Positions 23,691 through 36,996 of a DNA stretch of 64,000 nucleotides are shown piece by piece. The notes below the pieces were generated by a model, which did not search any database, had not been told where the DNA came from, and saw only the letters and a program-made list of their open reading frames with translations. A program made the position numbers and the translations under genes. Position 1 is the first letter of the stretch. Each line of letters begins with the position of its first letter. The stretch spans positions 120,218,001 through 120,282,000 of the forward strand of contig OX597817.1 of the NCBI GenBank assembly GCA_951406725.2, read 5' to 3'. Source of the DNA: Octopus vulgaris. Lineage: Eukaryota.

Positions 23691-26600
23691 CTTTACAGTT
23701 CAATAAATGATTTCACTCTGGAATCCATGATATCACAGACAAGTTTCATATTTTACCACTGGGAACAGATATTTATACTTCACCCTCTCTGTGCATGTTA
23801 GAAAATTTGGACTGGTCTGCCATGGATTAAATTAACCATGTGGCATTGTAATTCACATGAACAAATAATTTGTTGAGATTCCTGTTCATCCTGATGAGGG
23901 GGTCGTATACTGAATTCACTGTAATAGAATGATTTCCCACCATCTAAGAGCAGAAGAATGCTCTTGAACAGGGAAAATTTACCTGGACATTTACCTAGAG
24001 ATTGTTGTTGTTTAACCCAGCTCAGATCTGATAGGCTTGTTCTGCCAGACCCAGCCAACAATCAAAGACATTACAGCCATGACCATCCCATCTCTTTTTA
24101 GCATATATCTATATTGCAAAAATGTGAATAACAAAAATTAACCTATTAAAAATATTAACCGAATCACTATTGTTACTGAAAAATTAGAATAGATGTATCG
24201 GGGAAAATAAAAACATTTTTTAAAATTAGAAATTGCAGAGTGAAAATAACAAAAACACTATAATGAAGTATATTTATATGAGTCCAATATATATTTGTGG
24301 AATGATTTCTTTGCAAACAGTTATAGATGCAAGTACTTCCAGCTGAAGGCTCCACATACTAGATGCTAGCAAGTTTATGGGGTCATCAGGAAAGAATACA
24401 TGCTGTTTTGGGGCCTACTTCTTGATGGCATCATAACACACTGGCCCCATCACTGAAAAGAGACCCCGCTTGCTGCCTTAAATGAACCTAATGAATGAAT
24501 ATGTGCATATTTAGGTGTACATAATCAAATGTATTTAGTGTATTTTGGATCACATTTCCAAGTGTCTCTATGTATTTTAGACGGCAAAACATGAGATGAA
24601 GGAGATTGGTTGTAGGAATATATTCCCGCACTTACAAAAATTTTAGCTTTTGAAAGTGCAGGAATATAATATGTTTTTATTCTTGGTATCAGTAAATTGA
24701 CATTTTCATCTCTGAGTATAGAAAGATAACTAGAATTTGTATCTGAACTCTATGTTTAAAACAGATAAAAATCTGCATAACTCAAGTAAAATCAGTTAAA
24801 ACTGAAAAATATTAAAGAGAAACACCTGAAAATTAAGAATATTATCTGGAATTGGTAATCTGTCAACACTGCATCTGACAACATTGCATCACCACTACCA
24901 GCAGTTGCCTGAGAACCATGCCCCATAAATTGAAGCATATTAATACACTTTCCTTTCAAAATCTTTCATCTGCAACTGTCTCTAACTCATCTCCTGGAAC
25001 CATTTAATCAAATTTCTGTTGACTTTTATCAGAGCCTTTTTAAAATTTGAGGTGTCTCATAAGTCGTAAACAATCTACACATTTGTGTATTCCTAAGGTA
25101 TTCAGGTGTAGTGATTCTCAAGATTGAAAAGTGGGAAAAAATATCAAAACTACTGAAACAACATTACTTGTAACCAAACAGTTGCATACAGCCAAATACT
25201 GTACTGATGGCCTATCTATATTCAGAATGCCCAGTCAAGATTTCGTTTGACCAGATTTTAACACCGTTTGCCAATTCTGGCTAAACTAGGAATTTGGCTG
25301 AGTGTCAAGTTTGAAATTCACAGTAAACTAAGAATAGAGCACAAGCATGTTAAGTTCTACCTGACTCTTTTTTTTTATATATATAATTCAAACTGTGGAA
25401 CCCATCTGATATTTGTATCAAACAGCCAAGAACTGTGAGTATATACTGTTTGTTTCCATTCTACAAACATACTTCCTAAATCACGTAACTTTCCCTTTAA
25501 CAACATTAGATTAACTACCTATTAAAGGATCGCCACCCCAATGGAAAAGTTGATTGAGTGTATTTATTTCACACATAATATATATTTCTGTTCATGTTGT
25601 ATCCAAATTTCAGATAGAACTAAATCCTCAGTGAGATAGAACAATCTTTTTTTTTTATGTCAGAATACTTAAAGTGAACTTCTATATGAATAATATCATG
25701 TTTATTCATATAGAATAAATCTAATCTTTGTTTTTATTCAATCACACATTATGAGTTCTCGGAAAATTATATTAGAAAATGAATAAATTAACAACTTGCA
25801 TCAAATGTTAGCCAACCAAAACAATAAACTAAAGTGTCTTCACTTCTCAGAAAATAAGGTTACATAATATTTTTTTTAAATATTTCACACCCGGTGTCTG
25901 TAGAGCTCCTCTACAAACACTTTACATGATCTTTGTTGTGAAATCCAAATATTGCAAACCTCTTCAGGATATTGAAATAATGTCTGAATATTCAATACAT
26001 TGCAATAAAATCATCTAAGTTTGTTTTACTTCACTTAATATGCTACTACTCAGATAATTCCAATTTAGAATTGGGGGGGAGGGATTAGGAACACCTAAAC
26101 AAAATGTCAAATGTTAATTGATAAAAATGAATAATGAATTGCAATTAAGTTACCTATTAGTAAATAAATGGCATACTTACACAGTAAGATGAAAATAACT
26201 AGAAACATGTTTGTGTGTGCATTTCTAATAGCTACTTCCATACACACAATTTGTGTAGGTCAAATTTATCATCGTTTGTATGAAATCTTAAAAATTTGGG
26301 TGTATAATAAAATGTACATTGTTAAGAAAACAACAGTAGAAACCTGAAATCTTAGTTGTTAGTATTAATTTAGTTACTTGGCTAATGTTCATATTCTGGT
26401 TGCCTCAATATAAATTAATCTTATTTACAGCTAGGTGAGAATATATCTAACTTTAGTTATTACCATGAAGTCCAATTCATGCATCCATCAATATATATCA
26501 CATGTATAAAACTAGCTATTATAGAATACATCTAATTTCTAGTGTCACCTTAATTTTATTTTTAGTTAGGGAAAATAATTTAATCAGTAGCTGATAACTG

Positions 26601-27789
26601 AATTCAATATTTTATCTAGGGAAGGTTTGCTTTAAAGGTTCAAGCATTTGCTGCACAAAGTTGTATCATGTACAAAGTAATGTATTTTATTACAATATAG
26701 CTTTAGTATCAAATATGTTATGCTCCACTTCAAAAAAGAAAACTGCTTTCTAGAAAGGAACTTTTACAAGAAAACAAAAATACAATTTTTTTGACCAACT
26801 CTCTAAAAAAGTATAAATAAATGAAATTGAGATAGCAATATTTATAGGTGCAATGCAATTGTTATAGAATAATGACAAGCATCAGACCTTGAAATTAAAC
26901 AGTCAGCAAATATAGAATAAGAATCGAGATAATAAATTTTAGACATCAAGATGCAATAAAATATTGAGAAAATTTAAGACTTTGACTGAGGAAAATAACT
27001 TAGAATAACTGTAAAACTGATGCAATAAATTTTCCAACGTTTCTGTAGTGTTGTATATTTGAGACAAAAATGAAATATACCTTATCTTGTACGTCATAAT
27101 TTGTCTTGCTAAAGAGAGAGTTGTGCAATAAAAAATTAATGATAATTAAAAGATGAAAATACTTATATGAATTAATCAACCAGTTTATGAAATTTTTAAA
27201 AAAGAATCAACTATTTTTCCAAGATGCTAACTTGCAGAGTTATGTAAAATATATCACCAACTTACACTACTTTGAGTCATTTCTCGTTTGAAATCTAACA
27301 TTCTAATTTCCATATACAAATTTCCTACATGTAAACAGCAGTAAAGTTTTCTCCTATGAAAAGTACTAACCAGTACTTCTATTATGCAGTAGTTTTACTG
27401 ATAATTTATGCCTAGTTTTTCAATTTATATATCAACTTTCTGTTGCACAATCAGCAAATCACTATTCCTGTACAATCATTAAAGAACAATTGCACTGTTT
27501 CCTTGTGATGCTGCTTCAGAAAATTCTTTTTATAACTTGATACAAAAATTTGCTTGAGTTGAATGTTGACATATAGGACAGCATTTATGACCAATTACTG
27601 TACACAATATGGTTGATTAAGGCTGACAAGTAAAGAAAATAGTCAACATCTGATAAACTCATTTTTGTTGCAGTAAATGCCATGATATGATAGACATTTT
27701 TGAAAGAAAATATATCACAATGGCTCATTTACAATGTTCAGTAGGTTGTAGGTCAAGAATACCAGAGAAAACAATGACAAATATTTTAA

Positions 27790-28150
27790 CCTGTCCATCA
27801 AAAAGCACTTCTATATAAAGCAACAGCAACAACAGTAAAATGTATTGAAATTTCCTCTACAGGCCTTACAGAGAACACCTTCAAAATCCCATATAAGTGT
27901 ATATGCATTCCTTCAGAACAGACAAAAACTGACCAAACATTACAGTCCATATACTAGGAAACTCAAAAGTAGTGCAACCAACATTATCCAAATAAAATGG
28001 AGTATTGGGGAAATGTAATAAGATAAATTAACATGATATACTAGTGTACATGTGTATTACAAAGGATTATCAAATTGAAATAGCAAAAGAGGATATATAT
28101 CCAAGAAATGAGATAATATTTGGATGCCACAAAGCACGACAGAAGAATAG
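27790..28150 (+). mobile_element. Penelope-like GIY-YIG endonuclease relic (Naiad/Neptune-like)
   Basis: LLYKATATTVKCIEISSTGLTENTFK; MHSFR; RKLKSSATNIIQIKWSI; MCITKDYQIEIAKEDIYPRNEIIFGC. These match VYKA...G-x-TE-x-x-FK...H-x-SF...IKWSI...R-x-E-x-x-x-x-C; frameshifted. Confidence 0.75.
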
Positions 28151-28900
28151 ATATCCTGTAAGAAAGTTTTTATTGGAATAAGTTAACTACATCAATCTTT
28201 TAAAATTGTTAGAAGCCATGTAGGATATGTTCCATCTGGATCAAAGAACCAATTATTTGAGCATGCAGAAAAACGGTCTTAGTTATAATTAGGAGAAAGA
28301 GTTGTTCTGTAGGTGCTATTCCAAAACACTCTAGATTACATAACCATTAAATCACATCATCTGGTGTATCCAATGAAAATAATGCTTGAAGCATCGTGCT
28401 GTGGCTCCTAGTACAGCCTAATCTGCTGGTCATTTTTATTGTTGCCTGAAATATTGCATGGAGCAAGAAATTGCAGGTAGCAACAGAACAAATCTTCACT
28501 TTCAGAGATATAACTGTTATACACAATAAAAGTATTATTAAATTGTCCACTTAAAATACTCATCTATGGGCCATGCTTAATGTCAATACATTGTCAAAAG
28601 GCAAATTTACTGTGGTATTTATCCAAAGATAATATCAAAGACAAAAATTGTCCCAGCAGCAGCAGCTAGCAACAATGTCAGATACATTTTGGCTTCATTG
28701 GTCCTTGTCATTGGCATGTACTCATAGCCAACTAAAAACTTAGATGAGATTTGTTACCTCCAGCATGTAGGAAAATGATGGAAAACATTAACTGGTATTG
28801 TGAATGGCCACACAGAGGTATAAATATCTATTATATGCAATAGAAGCAGCTATAAAAATGATCAAACTAAAATATCCATCAATATATATATATATATATA

Positions 28901-29115
28901 GTTCAAATTTACAAAAGACTAAAGATAGAAACACGTGAAGGAACAACAAGCAGGTGCATTAATTTAACACTCAGGGAGAATGGAAAAATCTTTGATGTTT
29001 CGAGCCTATGCTTTTCAGCAGAAAGGATTGGGAAGAAAAAAGTGGAAAGAAAACAACAACAAAAGAAAAACAAAACAGAGGGGGAAAATGTGCAGGGATT
29101 AATGGTTCAACATGA
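28901..29115 (-). mobile_element. Short repeat between microsatellites carrying a decayed minimal hammerhead (retrozyme/PLE-LTR-like)
   Basis: Minus strand CTTT-CTGCTGA-A-AAGC-ATAG-GCTC-GAAAC-ATC-AAAG (core 28994-29021), with stem I cttt/aaag. Confidence 0.55.
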
Positions 29116-29296
29116 TTATGTGTGTGTGTGTGTGTGTGTGTGCACGCGCATGTGTGTGTGTATGTATAAATATTTAATGCCATCTTAATAATAAATTCAA
29201 AACATGTATTTCAAAGCTCTGACATGGTTATCGGCTACCATATACTCCTTTTATAGGATATTCATGCGCAACTCCATTCGTTCATGCAGAATTGAT

Positions 29297-30150
29297 ATAA
29301 AAATTTATAAAACAAAAAGATGTAATGAACAGGCTTTAATCACAAATCTCAACTGTTTCTGTGTTATGATAGCAGTTGTTAGTTACTGAGTTTTCCATAT
29401 CATACTATTAAATAAATCATTAAATAAATAATTATATAAATGAATATGATCCACCAGCAGCTGTTTACCAGCACTTCATCAGGTGAAGTGGCTTTGATAG
29501 CACTACTGGATCACTTTTAGTTTCCCATAATTTTATATCCCTTTGTATTATTAGCATTTTCTCTATACTGAGTAGCTTACGGATTCAAATAGATATAAGT
29601 CGTAAAAGTACCAAAAATATTTAATGGCAGTAAAAAAATTAAGAATATGAATTACAAAGCAAATAGACCAAATTTAGTTAATGGAAATAAAAATAAATAT
29701 AAATCAAACCTCAAATTCTGTCTTTTTTCATTCTATCATAATTTTGTCTCCGTTTTTACGGAGATAGATTAACACTTTTAAGATAGATTAATACTGATAT
29801 TTCCATTAACTAATTTTGATCTATTTGTTTTGTAATTTATATTTAAATTTTTTACTGATATTACTCTTCCTTTAATATTTTTATGATTTATGATTATTTC
29901 AAACTATATGCTGTTCAGTATAGAGAGAATGCTAATAATACAAAAGGGTATAAAACGATGAGGAACTGATGAAGTGCTGGTACACAGCTGCTGTGGGATC
30001 ATGTTTTTTTATGAAATTACTTAAATGATAATTTATTTAACAGTATGATATGAAAAACTCAGCAAATAATAGCTGTTACTATTGCACAGAAAACAATTGT
30101 TGTGATTTGGATTAAAGCCTATTCATTCCATCTTCTTTTATAGATTTATA
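29297..30150. mobile_element. Large foldback element (~380-bp diverged inverted arms, ~90-bp spacer)
   Basis: Paired blocks: aggctttaatc/gattaaagcct; cagcagctgtttaccagcacttcatcag/ctgatgaagtgctggtacacagctgctg; tttgtattattagcatt/aatgctaataatacaaa; ttagttaatggaaata/tatttccattaactaa. Confidence 0.88.
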
Positions 30151-31308
30151 CACACACAGACACACACATGTTAGATCTACATTATTATTTTGAAAGAAGT
30201 TTCAGAATAACAGCTGAGTATTTATTGACATGGGGACACAATACAAAGAACAGAGTCAAATTTGTATTGATTATGGCTAAGTTGCACCTGGTTTCTAATG
30301 ATGAATACGAATAAAATTTGAAGTCCACTCAACACTAATTGGATACTATTTAATCCTGGATTATTTGTGTTTTCGAACAGGGATATCATATCTGATATAT
30401 CTAGAATATGATTATATTAAGGCTCTTGCATTAATTACAAGAAAAAAAACCTACTTGGCTGAGAAAATCCACAAAAACATAAGAAATTTTTAAATGTGTT
30501 CAGGAAAAGTAATAATTTCTTGCTTTTTTTTTTGTTTTTTCTTTTGTTTTATTAGTATAACATGACTTTTAGAAATTTCATATTGTTTACTTAACATAAT
30601 GAACATGCCTTAAAGTAAATAGCAGTATAGGTTCAGGGAACAGCAGAGGTTGATTCTGAAGAAAAACTATACAGGATACCTTTTTTGTTTATATACCACT
30701 CTAATAGTGGTTGCCTTCTGGGCCCTTATGCTGAAAAAAGTAAACCATAATGGAACTAACAATTTTAGTTTAAGTATTGTCTATATTGAAGATATTCATC
30801 TCCATATACTTCTCAGAATATAAAAGAAACAATTTATTAAGTTGTTGACTATTATATATGTATTAAATAAGTGCATGTTGCCTAAGCTGACGTATCATGC
30901 AAACTTGTAGCATATTCAATACTGCTTATACATGGAAGAATATCAATGAGTTTCCAATAAGATAATAATTATGAATATTGTAATATCCATATTATTTTAC
31001 ATTAGACTATTCAGCAATATTTCAAGAATACTATTTGGCAGCTGCAAAGAATTTATGAGAATGGCTTATCAATTTACTCAAGCTAAACGCCTGACAAATG
31101 GAATATTTTTACTGAAAATTATGAAGCAGCTAAAGAACATCCATACAACTGCTGTTAGAGTAAAGATTTGCAAGTTAAATATTCTTTCATAATGTCCATT
31201 AAATTTAAGTTGATTGAACATTAGAAGTCAAAAAGAGGCTTTTATTTGAAATTAATGGCCATTTCTCTATGAATAAAAACCATGATCAAATTTTACAGTA
31301 CATCTGAT

Positions 31309-31492
<184 letters not shown>

Positions 31493-33509
31493 CATAACAT
31501 TAAATATAGCATAATTTCTATTCCTGCATATTTCGTTCTTTCTTATTTATTTCTTCATTTATGAGTTTCCTTTTGCAACACATGAAATTGTATCTGAGAT
31601 AAGTGTCTATATTTCCTGCAATTGTTGCTATGTTTCCTGCAGTTCAACTAATATCAATGAAACTCATTTTTATAATCTATTATAGTTGTTTTGAAATTTG
31701 TCTGTCTGTCTTCTGCACTTCTTTCTGCCATTATTATTAGTTATCTGTCTACATCTATGTCTGCTTCTTTCACTCTATTTCGATATGACTTATAAATGGT
31801 ACTTCCTCAAATGCAATTCAATTTCAAATTGACTACTTGCTCTGTAGTCAATTCTTTTCCTCGGTGAAGAAAAGGGTCTTACATAGTTCATATCTGGAAT
31901 ATTTTCCATAACATTTACAATACAAAAGTTGTTACTGCTTGCAAAAGGAAAATTGAATAGTGAACTAGATTCAGAGCCACAAACAGTTTTGAATTGCCAT
32001 GTATTCTTCATATGGCTAGGATTTTTGCAATAATGATCTTTGAAAGAAATGACACAATTGGCAATAAAGGCACCAGCAGGGGCTCTACCTAACTCTAATA
32101 TTTCATTACATGGAGATGCTTTAATACCATTTTCAAACAAATATCATAGCTAGTTTGATATTCAGTATCAGCTTTTCATTGGCTATCTAATGGAATAATA
32201 AATAGTGATTGGTCTATGTGCTGAAATATTTGATGGAAAATTAAACATTTTTTTTTATCAGCTCTGGTGCAAATAATACATATTTTTAATCTTATCCAAT
32301 ATAATAAAATGAAAAGCAGCAGCAACTTTCAAAGTTAACTAGCAATGTTGAGACAATATTGCTTCAGAAATTGTAGCATGTATATGACATAGCTATGTAT
32401 GTAGATATCTTATTTCCAACTAACACATTACAATACATGCAATGAATTTTAATTCTGGATCTGTGAACACTCAGCATATCAGATTCTTAATTACCATCAA
32501 TTCTTCAATCATAGAGTGATCTTCCAGATTATACAGTTGAATAACAGTTTGGTCAATTAATTCTATCCTTCCAACTTATCTTTGACTTCTGCCTCAACAG
32601 TTTCAATAGTATAATTGCCAGAAAATAACTGAATTTGAAAGTCAAATAATACAGTAAATTCTTAAACTGTCAACATGAAACAGATATTACTAAGTAAATA
32701 ACTGAATTATTTAAAACTGAATCATATATTTTGTTTTTCTGTTGTTTATTGAATATGATAACTTGAATGTAATTATGTATTTGTTCTTTCCACTTTGGTT
32801 GAAGTTGAAGGTTTTTGCAAGTTCATGCATCTGTAGGAGTTGCAGGAATTTTATTTTTGTAATACAAAATAAAAAGTTTAGGAAATGTTATAATTACTTG
32901 TGCATTGCTTCAAGTAAATAATTTATGGTAGTAAAAAATATATTTTTCTTACTAGAGATTCACATCACATATGTCTTCAGTTACTTCAACAATTAACTTG
33001 GAATTTGGTAACCAGAATCATGATTAGTTTAAATCAACTACTTACTGTTATATTATTCTTAATGATAAAATGAAAACCAGTTAATAGTTAGTCTGACTTC
33101 AGAACATAAATTCACAAAAAATTACTGCAATAAATATCACACAATTACCATACAGAATAAAATCTGTTTGATTTATCAGAATTATTCTGTTTATAAACAA
33201 AAATATAATTATATTACATAAAATGTGTTTTGCCTATGAATGCTCTGAGGTAACTTTTACTATTTGGTTTAAAGATACATAAGAGATGAACCTTAAATTT
33301 AGTTGAATAGTAAGGAAGAAGAGGCATCTCATTGCTGTTTATGGTAACCTTGTTAGAACTCAGTAAGAAATGGACTCCTAACAATATTCATCTCTGATTT
33401 TTCTTTGCATGTAGACTATATAATATAATATTCTAGAGAAAGAATACTGCTCAAGCTAGTTTATTTTACATAATTTAAGCCAGATACATTTTATATTCAT
33501 TCATATTCA

Positions 33510-34850
33510 TTAATTAAATGAACTTTTCAATAAAGTCATGAAAAAAGCTAGGTATTCTATAGAGCAGCTTTTCAAACAATTCTGTACCATCTCATGTGAG
33601 ACAACCATTTAATGTCTGATCTATCTATTTTATCCTCAGTCTCCACAGTTTCAAATAATCTTTGTTTTCATATCATAGTACTTTCTCATCCAACGTGTAT
33701 CACATATTTCTTTAGACTCCATCTCTATACAAGTGCATAATTTCTATTACAAACTGGAACCAATTGCTTTATCACTTGCATTCAAAACTGCCTTTCATCT
33801 TCAGGTTTCACAAACTGGTGAATGGTAGATAATATATGTATTTTTCATCACTACAGGAACTCCATTTTACTTGTCCATGCATCACTTCTAATCAAAATTG
33901 CTCTTTTTTTACAGAAAAGAATCATTGTGTCAACAATAAAAGCAACACTGATGGAAACATTTTTCAAAATTGTTAACCTCATCTGTTCTGCATTTGTTAT
34001 TTAAAATACAACATATTGATTGTTTAGTATTTGCTGACATCAGCTATTCTGCACATATATGTGCTTGTGCTAAAATGGAACTATTTACTTTATTTTATGC
34101 AGTGTTTCTATGCTTGTATCTGCTGTGTTACAGACAAGTAATATGAGTGTTTTGCCATCAGTACCTATAATAAATCATTTTAAGAGTTTAGCAAATCAAA
34201 GCAGTTCGACATTTTGATCTAATCTTTAAATAAAAAGCTGAAGTTGTCTGTGTGTGGCAGGTTTGTAGCCTTCAACTAACACTATCTCCTCCAAGACCCT
34301 GCAGTGTAAGTTGACCAAAATTGAAAGTATGATAGAAGAAGGCTTGCTCCTCATTCTAGAGAAGAAAAAATTCAAATCGGACCATGTTAACACCAAAACT
34401 TATTTACATCAACAAGGTGCTTCTTTTCTATGAAAATCCCTACTTTTTACAATTTTTTTACTGCTCTGTCACCATTTTTCGGTGTATTTCAACCAGAAAA
34501 ATGTTCACTTAAAGAGAATAACAAGCTACATAATGCAAAAATTCCAATTCTAAAGTGCCGAAAAGAAAACAAATCCGAGCAACGCTGGGCTATACTGCTA
34601 GTATTTTACTGATATCAAAAGGATCAATGTTGCTAACTATTACTACACAATATCTGTATTTCATAGGTCTGTTTGAGTTGAGAAAATTGAGCAGACACAA
34701 CAATAATAACTATGTTCAATGTTACCAATTTCATTTGTGCTATTCCACTTTTTAAACTTAATGGTTGCATGTAAACATTTACCCTGATTCAGAGAGAATT
34801 TCTTTTATAATATATGTTTAAAGACTGAGATTGGCAAAAGATAGGTCAAA
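33510..34850 (-). mobile_element. Highly decayed hAT-like transposase relic, split by a Helitron
   Basis: Minus-strand fragments in hAT order: SLKV-E-ST (DEST-like, ~34740), GTDGK (TDG, ~34155), W-TSK (RW-like, ~33875), YLAFF-DFIEKF (~33520-33560). Weak and frameshifted. Confidence 0.4.
34218..34601 (+). mobile_element. Non-autonomous Helitron (~385 bp)
   Basis: 5' A|TC start (tctaatctttaaataaaaagctgaagttgtctgtgtgtg); 3' hairpin ccgagc-aac-gctggg (34575-34589, 5 of 6 pairs) 8 nt before terminal CTAG|T; no TSD. Confidence 0.8.
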
Positions 34851-35559
34851 TAAATCCGCATAATCTGTAACAATCTCATCAGTTTATTGAGCTTGCAAAT
34901 GTTACACATGCTGCCCTTTTTACTTAACTTTAAATACTAATGAAACAGTTCTCGAAGAGTTCATGAGCCGTGTTACTTGAAATTATCAATACATGGAATT
35001 CTACTGTTATTTTGCTCTATATTTATAGTCAAATTATCCATTAGTTTACAAGAATAAAATACTAAAATATACCGATAACATCAAAGTTGAATCATCTACT
35101 ATTGCACTGCTGAATAATAATAAAAATCTTATTTTTTTTTAAAAATGTACTTTTCTTCATCTGATAATCTAGTGGCTAAATATGACATCACTACACATTT
35201 GATACAACCTTTGACTATGTAGTCAAACTTTGGTATCATTTTATTACACACATTGATATATTGATTACATACACTTTATTCATATTTATATGCAAAACAC
35301 ATACCTATACTGAAGGTTTTATCATTGCAACATACAGAGCAAAACTTACATCTAAGCTTCTTACCAATTCCTCTGTCCATATTTCTAAAGATACAGCTTC
35401 AATGGAGGTATTTGTTAAAGAAGCAGATTATATGTGGCATGATTAATGCTTTATTCAGGTGTAACAGAATACCCAATGATTTTAGAATATAAATTGTATA
35501 TGATCTGTTGTAATGTAAATTTAAGAGACAACTTGAGTGAAATTTAGTTGAGCAGGTGA

Positions 35560-35775
35560 TTGGATATCACAGGCTTTAATGTATATAAGAGAATTGGCTG
35601 CTCTGATAAGGACATATAATGGACGACTGAATTATGCATGATAGGTGAATATTGTAATGATGAGACAACTACAGTTGAAACTGGCAAAAAAAGAAAGATT
35701 TGGTTTGAACCTATACATTGAAACTTCAGAGTTGATATGGTACATGATCAAGAAGAATGGAAAGACAGTGTCTGG
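35560..35775 (+). mobile_element. Ancient RTE ORF C-terminus relic
   Basis: GKKRKIWFE and DMVHDQEEWKDSV resemble GRPRKTWDE and [13 protein letters not shown] of the RTE ORF at 37663. Confidence 0.5.
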
Positions 35776-35942
35776 TGAGCATGGCAGCAATTGAAACAAT
35801 AATTTTAATGATTGTACTGATGAAAATTATTTTAAAATTAATATTAGTATAATATACAATAAAAAATTTGAAGCACAATCACAATTTCAAGTATTTTCTG
35901 GAGGAAATAAAATATCAGTCATTACAAATAAGATATATATAC

Positions 35943-35982
<40 letters not shown>

Positions 35983-36416
35983 ATATATACATATATATAT
36001 ATGTGGAGGCGCAATGGCCCAGTGGTTAGAGCAGCGGACTCGCAGTCGTAGGATCGCGGTTTCGATTCCCAGACCGGGCGTTGTGAGTGTTTATTGAGTG
36101 AAAACACCTAAAAGCTCCAAGACGCTCCGGCAGGAGGTGGTGATCCCTGCTGTACTCTTTCACCACTCATTCTCCCACTCTTTCTTCTGTTGGCCTGCTC
36201 GCTTAGCCACCGAGGTGGCGTCATTCAAAGGCTAAAACAATGCGAAGGCATTGTGAACAGCAATGTGTAACAACATCTGATGGTCTGGTCGGTCACATGA
36301 TCACGTGATATACATATATATATATATATATACATACATACATATACATACATACATAAAACACATATAAATATATATATACACATACATATCTATATAC
36401 ATACATATATACATAC

Positions 36417-36450
<34 letters not shown>

Positions 36451-36900
36451 ATATAGAGGGCATTATTACATATAAATGCCCTCTATATGATATACATAAA
36501 TATATTTAAAGGAAAAAATTATTGTTCTTTTTTTCTTTAATGAGGTTTTTCCATGCTAACTACTTAATAAATTCTTATGAAGATTTTATCCTATTTTTAA
36601 ATTGTGTATATATATATATATAAATCATATTGGTAATGACTTAATGACTGATATTTTATTTTCACCAGAAAATACTTGAAATTGTGATTCTGTTCTAAAT
36701 TTTTATTGTAAATTATAGTAATATTAATTTTTAAATAATTTTCATCAGTACAATCATTAAAATTATTGTTTTAAAAGCTGCCACATTTGCAAGACACTGT
36801 CTTTTCATTCTTCTTGATCATGTACCATATCAGCTGTGATGTTTCAATGTATAGGTTCAAACCAAATCTTTCTTTTTTTGCCAGTTTCAACTGTAGTTGT
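35665..36900. repeat. Local inverted duplication: ~260-bp arms (35665-35924 and 36642-36900) around a ~720-bp spacer
   Basis: acaactacagttgaaactggcaaaaaaagaaagatttggtttgaacctatacattgaaac is exactly inverted at 36841-36900; similarity continues to aaatatcagtcatta/taatgactgatattt. Confidence 0.93.
36003..36310 (+). mobile_element. tRNA-derived SINE (family C head, different 3' tail)
   Basis: gtggaggcgcaatggcccagtggttagagcagcggactcgcagtcgtaggatcgcggtttcgattcc nearly identical to the 12636 head; diverges after ~185 bp. Confidence 0.92.
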
Positions 36901-36933
36901 AAAGATATATATATATATACACACATATAAATA

Positions 36934-36993
<60 letters not shown>

Positions 36994-36996
<3 letters not shown>

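Noticed and set aside
31520-32140. 116-aa minus-strand ORF and adjacent purine-rich tract
   Set aside because: No recognisable domain or splice signals; perhaps decayed transposon DNA but not assignable.
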